Shown here piece after piece: positions 55,150 to 56,175 of a stretch of 56,175 bases of DNA. The stretch's first letter is position 1, and each line of letters opens with the position of its first letter. The notes below the pieces were generated by a model. It was not told the origin of the DNA and searched no databases. It saw only the letters and a program-made list of their open reading frames with translations. Source of the DNA: Bdellovibrionales bacterium (GTDB lineage: Bacteria > Pseudomonadota > Alphaproteobacteria > Micavibrionales > JBBKXB01); contig JBBKXB010000066.1 in the NCBI GenBank assembly GCA_037969255.1, positions 1 to 56,175 of the forward strand. The letters run 5' to 3'. The position numbers and the translations under genes were made by a program.

Positions 55150-55638
55150 ATGGTGGATGATAATCAAAATGCGGTTAAACCATCTCCATTTTTCACATGG
55201 CTCAATAAGAATGGCTGGGTGATTTGGGTCGTATTTTTATTGATCGCTGTCGGGATTGGGTATGCGATTTATAACGCTCAAAAGCCCAAACAAGGCGGCA
55301 CTTTATATGGTGTATGCAAAACGCTCATGGATTTTGAATATCAATACCCATTCACGTTTGATATTTTGAGTGTGAGCGAAGGTCGCCGCGATGTGCGTAT
55401 TTTTATGGCTGAAACCAACAGTTTTGGTCAAGAACGCATCATCCAAGTCGATTGTGATTTTTCTATGAACAATAATAAACTATTGCTCGCGCGTCTCACG
55501 CTTGATCGCAAAGCCGTGCCCGATGAAAAAATTGAGTATTATAATCGCATCGTACCAACGCTCGCATCCATGAGTGACACGCTGAACCGTGACCTCCCCA
55601 AACCATTACCAAAATCATTACAAGAATTAAAACGTTAA
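55150..55638 (+). CDS. hypothetical single-pass membrane protein (traV position)
   Basis: 162 aa with one TM (WVIWVVFLLIAVGIGYAIY). Follows icmB after a 12-nt gap. No family recognised. Confidence 0.45.
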   Translation: MVDDNQNAVKPSPFFTWLNKNGWVIWVVFLLIAVGIGYAIYNAQKPKQGGTLYGVCKTLMDFEYQYPFTFDILSVSEGRRDVRIFMAETNSFGQERIIQVDCDFSMNNNKLLLARLTLDRKAVPDEKIEYYNRIVPTLASMSDTLNRDLPKPLPKSLQELKR

Positions 55639-55696
55639 TTTTTTTATTGACATATCGTGTATATTCTCATATCGTTTGCATGATAGGAGTAAATAT

Positions 55697-56032
55697 ATGA
55701 CAAAAGAAAATACTAAAACATCGCTTTTAACGGCACTTGAATTTGGAAAAACTGGTTTAATGTGCTTAACGGCTTTAGCTATAGGGTCTATGGTAACGCT
55801 TACAGGACTTGATTTATCAATGTCCACTTTTGACTTTACTAAAGAAGTTTACCAAAATCAGGGACTGGCTCAGGCTGCTCTTCCTGCACTCGTTTCCTCA
55901 ATATTTTCGGTTTCAACTTATGTAGTAGGCAAGGGTACAGCCGCTGTCGTTAGATCGAATTACAAGAAATTGAAAAACATTGTTGAAGGTGACTCATATC
56001 AAACAAGACTACCGTCACCGTCACTTGGCTAA
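55697..56032 (+). CDS. hypothetical small membrane protein (AT-rich)
   Basis: SD AGGAG lies 7 nt upstream of ATG 55697 (the ORF track starts at 55676). Two hydrophobic segments. Visibly AT-richer than the icm genes. Confidence 0.45.
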   Translation: MTKENTKTSLLTALEFGKTGLMCLTALAIGSMVTLTGLDLSMSTFDFTKEVYQNQGLAQAALPALVSSIFSVSTYVVGKGTAAVVRSNYKKLKNIVEGDSYQTRLPSPSLG

Positions 56033-56175
56033 TATCCCATTGCGCGTTTCATGAAGAACTCTTTTATGGGCTTTATGCGCGCCACTGATTTCAATCCAAA
56101 ACGACGCGCTAATTTTATGGGCGCGAGCTTTGACCCAAACAATTTATTCATTTGATCAGTAAACACCATCATGCC
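56029..56175 (-). CDS. 3' end of an unidentified ORF running off the window
   Basis: The minus strand is open from the window edge to TAG (56029-56031), reading ...MMVFTDQMNKLFGSKLAPIKLARRFGLKSVARIKPIKEFFMKRAMGY*. Unrecognised. Confidence 0.3.
   Translation of the reverse strand, partial: GMMVFTDQMNKLFGSKLAPIKLARRFGLKSVARIKPIKEFFMKRAMGY

Larger units (their letters stand above)
19494..55638. other. composite locus: Dot/Icm (IncI Tra-like) type IVB secretion genes plus a nested type IVb pilus operon and flgK-flgL
   Basis: Contiguous block of about 35 genes, listed individually below. No integrase, tRNA, relaxase or direct-repeat boundaries were seen, so it is not called a mobile element. Confidence 0.7.

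Noticed and set aside
1-56175. tRNA, rRNA, CRISPR arrays, IS elements or transposases, integrases and toxin-antitoxin or other known defence systems.
   Set aside because: None was recognised. The intergenic regions are short and AT-rich and lack cloverleaf-capable or repeat-spacer structure. No ORF shows DDE/tyrosine/serine recombinase or Cas motifs. The truncated ORF at 56029-56175 is unidentifiable.

Overview
The gene content suggests a chromosomal segment of an alphaproteobacterium with a compact, fairly AT-rich genome, possibly host-associated; the lineage is inferred, not demonstrated. All family assignments rest on motifs read from the translations plus synteny, because no database search could be run. 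Bases 1-19.3 kb hold housekeeping genes: the rpoD 3' end, lolA, recR, a REC/degenerate-GGDEF regulator, an RNase D-like exonuclease, kpsF-lptC-lptA-lptB, rpoN-hpf, a small zinc-finger ORF missing from the ORF track, uvrD, surA-rsmA, a GT4 glycosyltransferase, a hydrolase and a BI-1/YccA protein. A few visibly AT-richer orphan ORFs are interspersed among them. Bases 19.5-55.6 kb form one large secretion and pilus locus. A Dot/Icm-type type IVB secretion system runs dotD-dotC-dotB-icmT ... icmL-icmK-icmE-icmG-icmC-like-icmD-icmJ-icmB, an order collinear with IncI1 traH-traU. It is split by a complete R64/PAPI-1-style type IVb pilus operon (pilL-N-O-P-Q-R, two pilS pilins, three tandem giant pilV-like genes, a pilM-position gene). 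It is also split by an oppositely oriented block holding a 548-aa secreted protein and flgK-flgL. At sequence level, a sigma-54 promoter that fits the consensus abuts the flgK start codon. A 12-15 nt extended -10 motif (ATTTTATGGTAT) recurs upstream of three operon starts in the locus. A yhhQ-type queuosine-precursor transporter is translationally coupled inside dotB-icmT. No coupling protein, DotA, relaxase, integrase, prepilin peptidase, shufflon recombinase, tRNA, rRNA, CRISPR or IS element was seen in the window.
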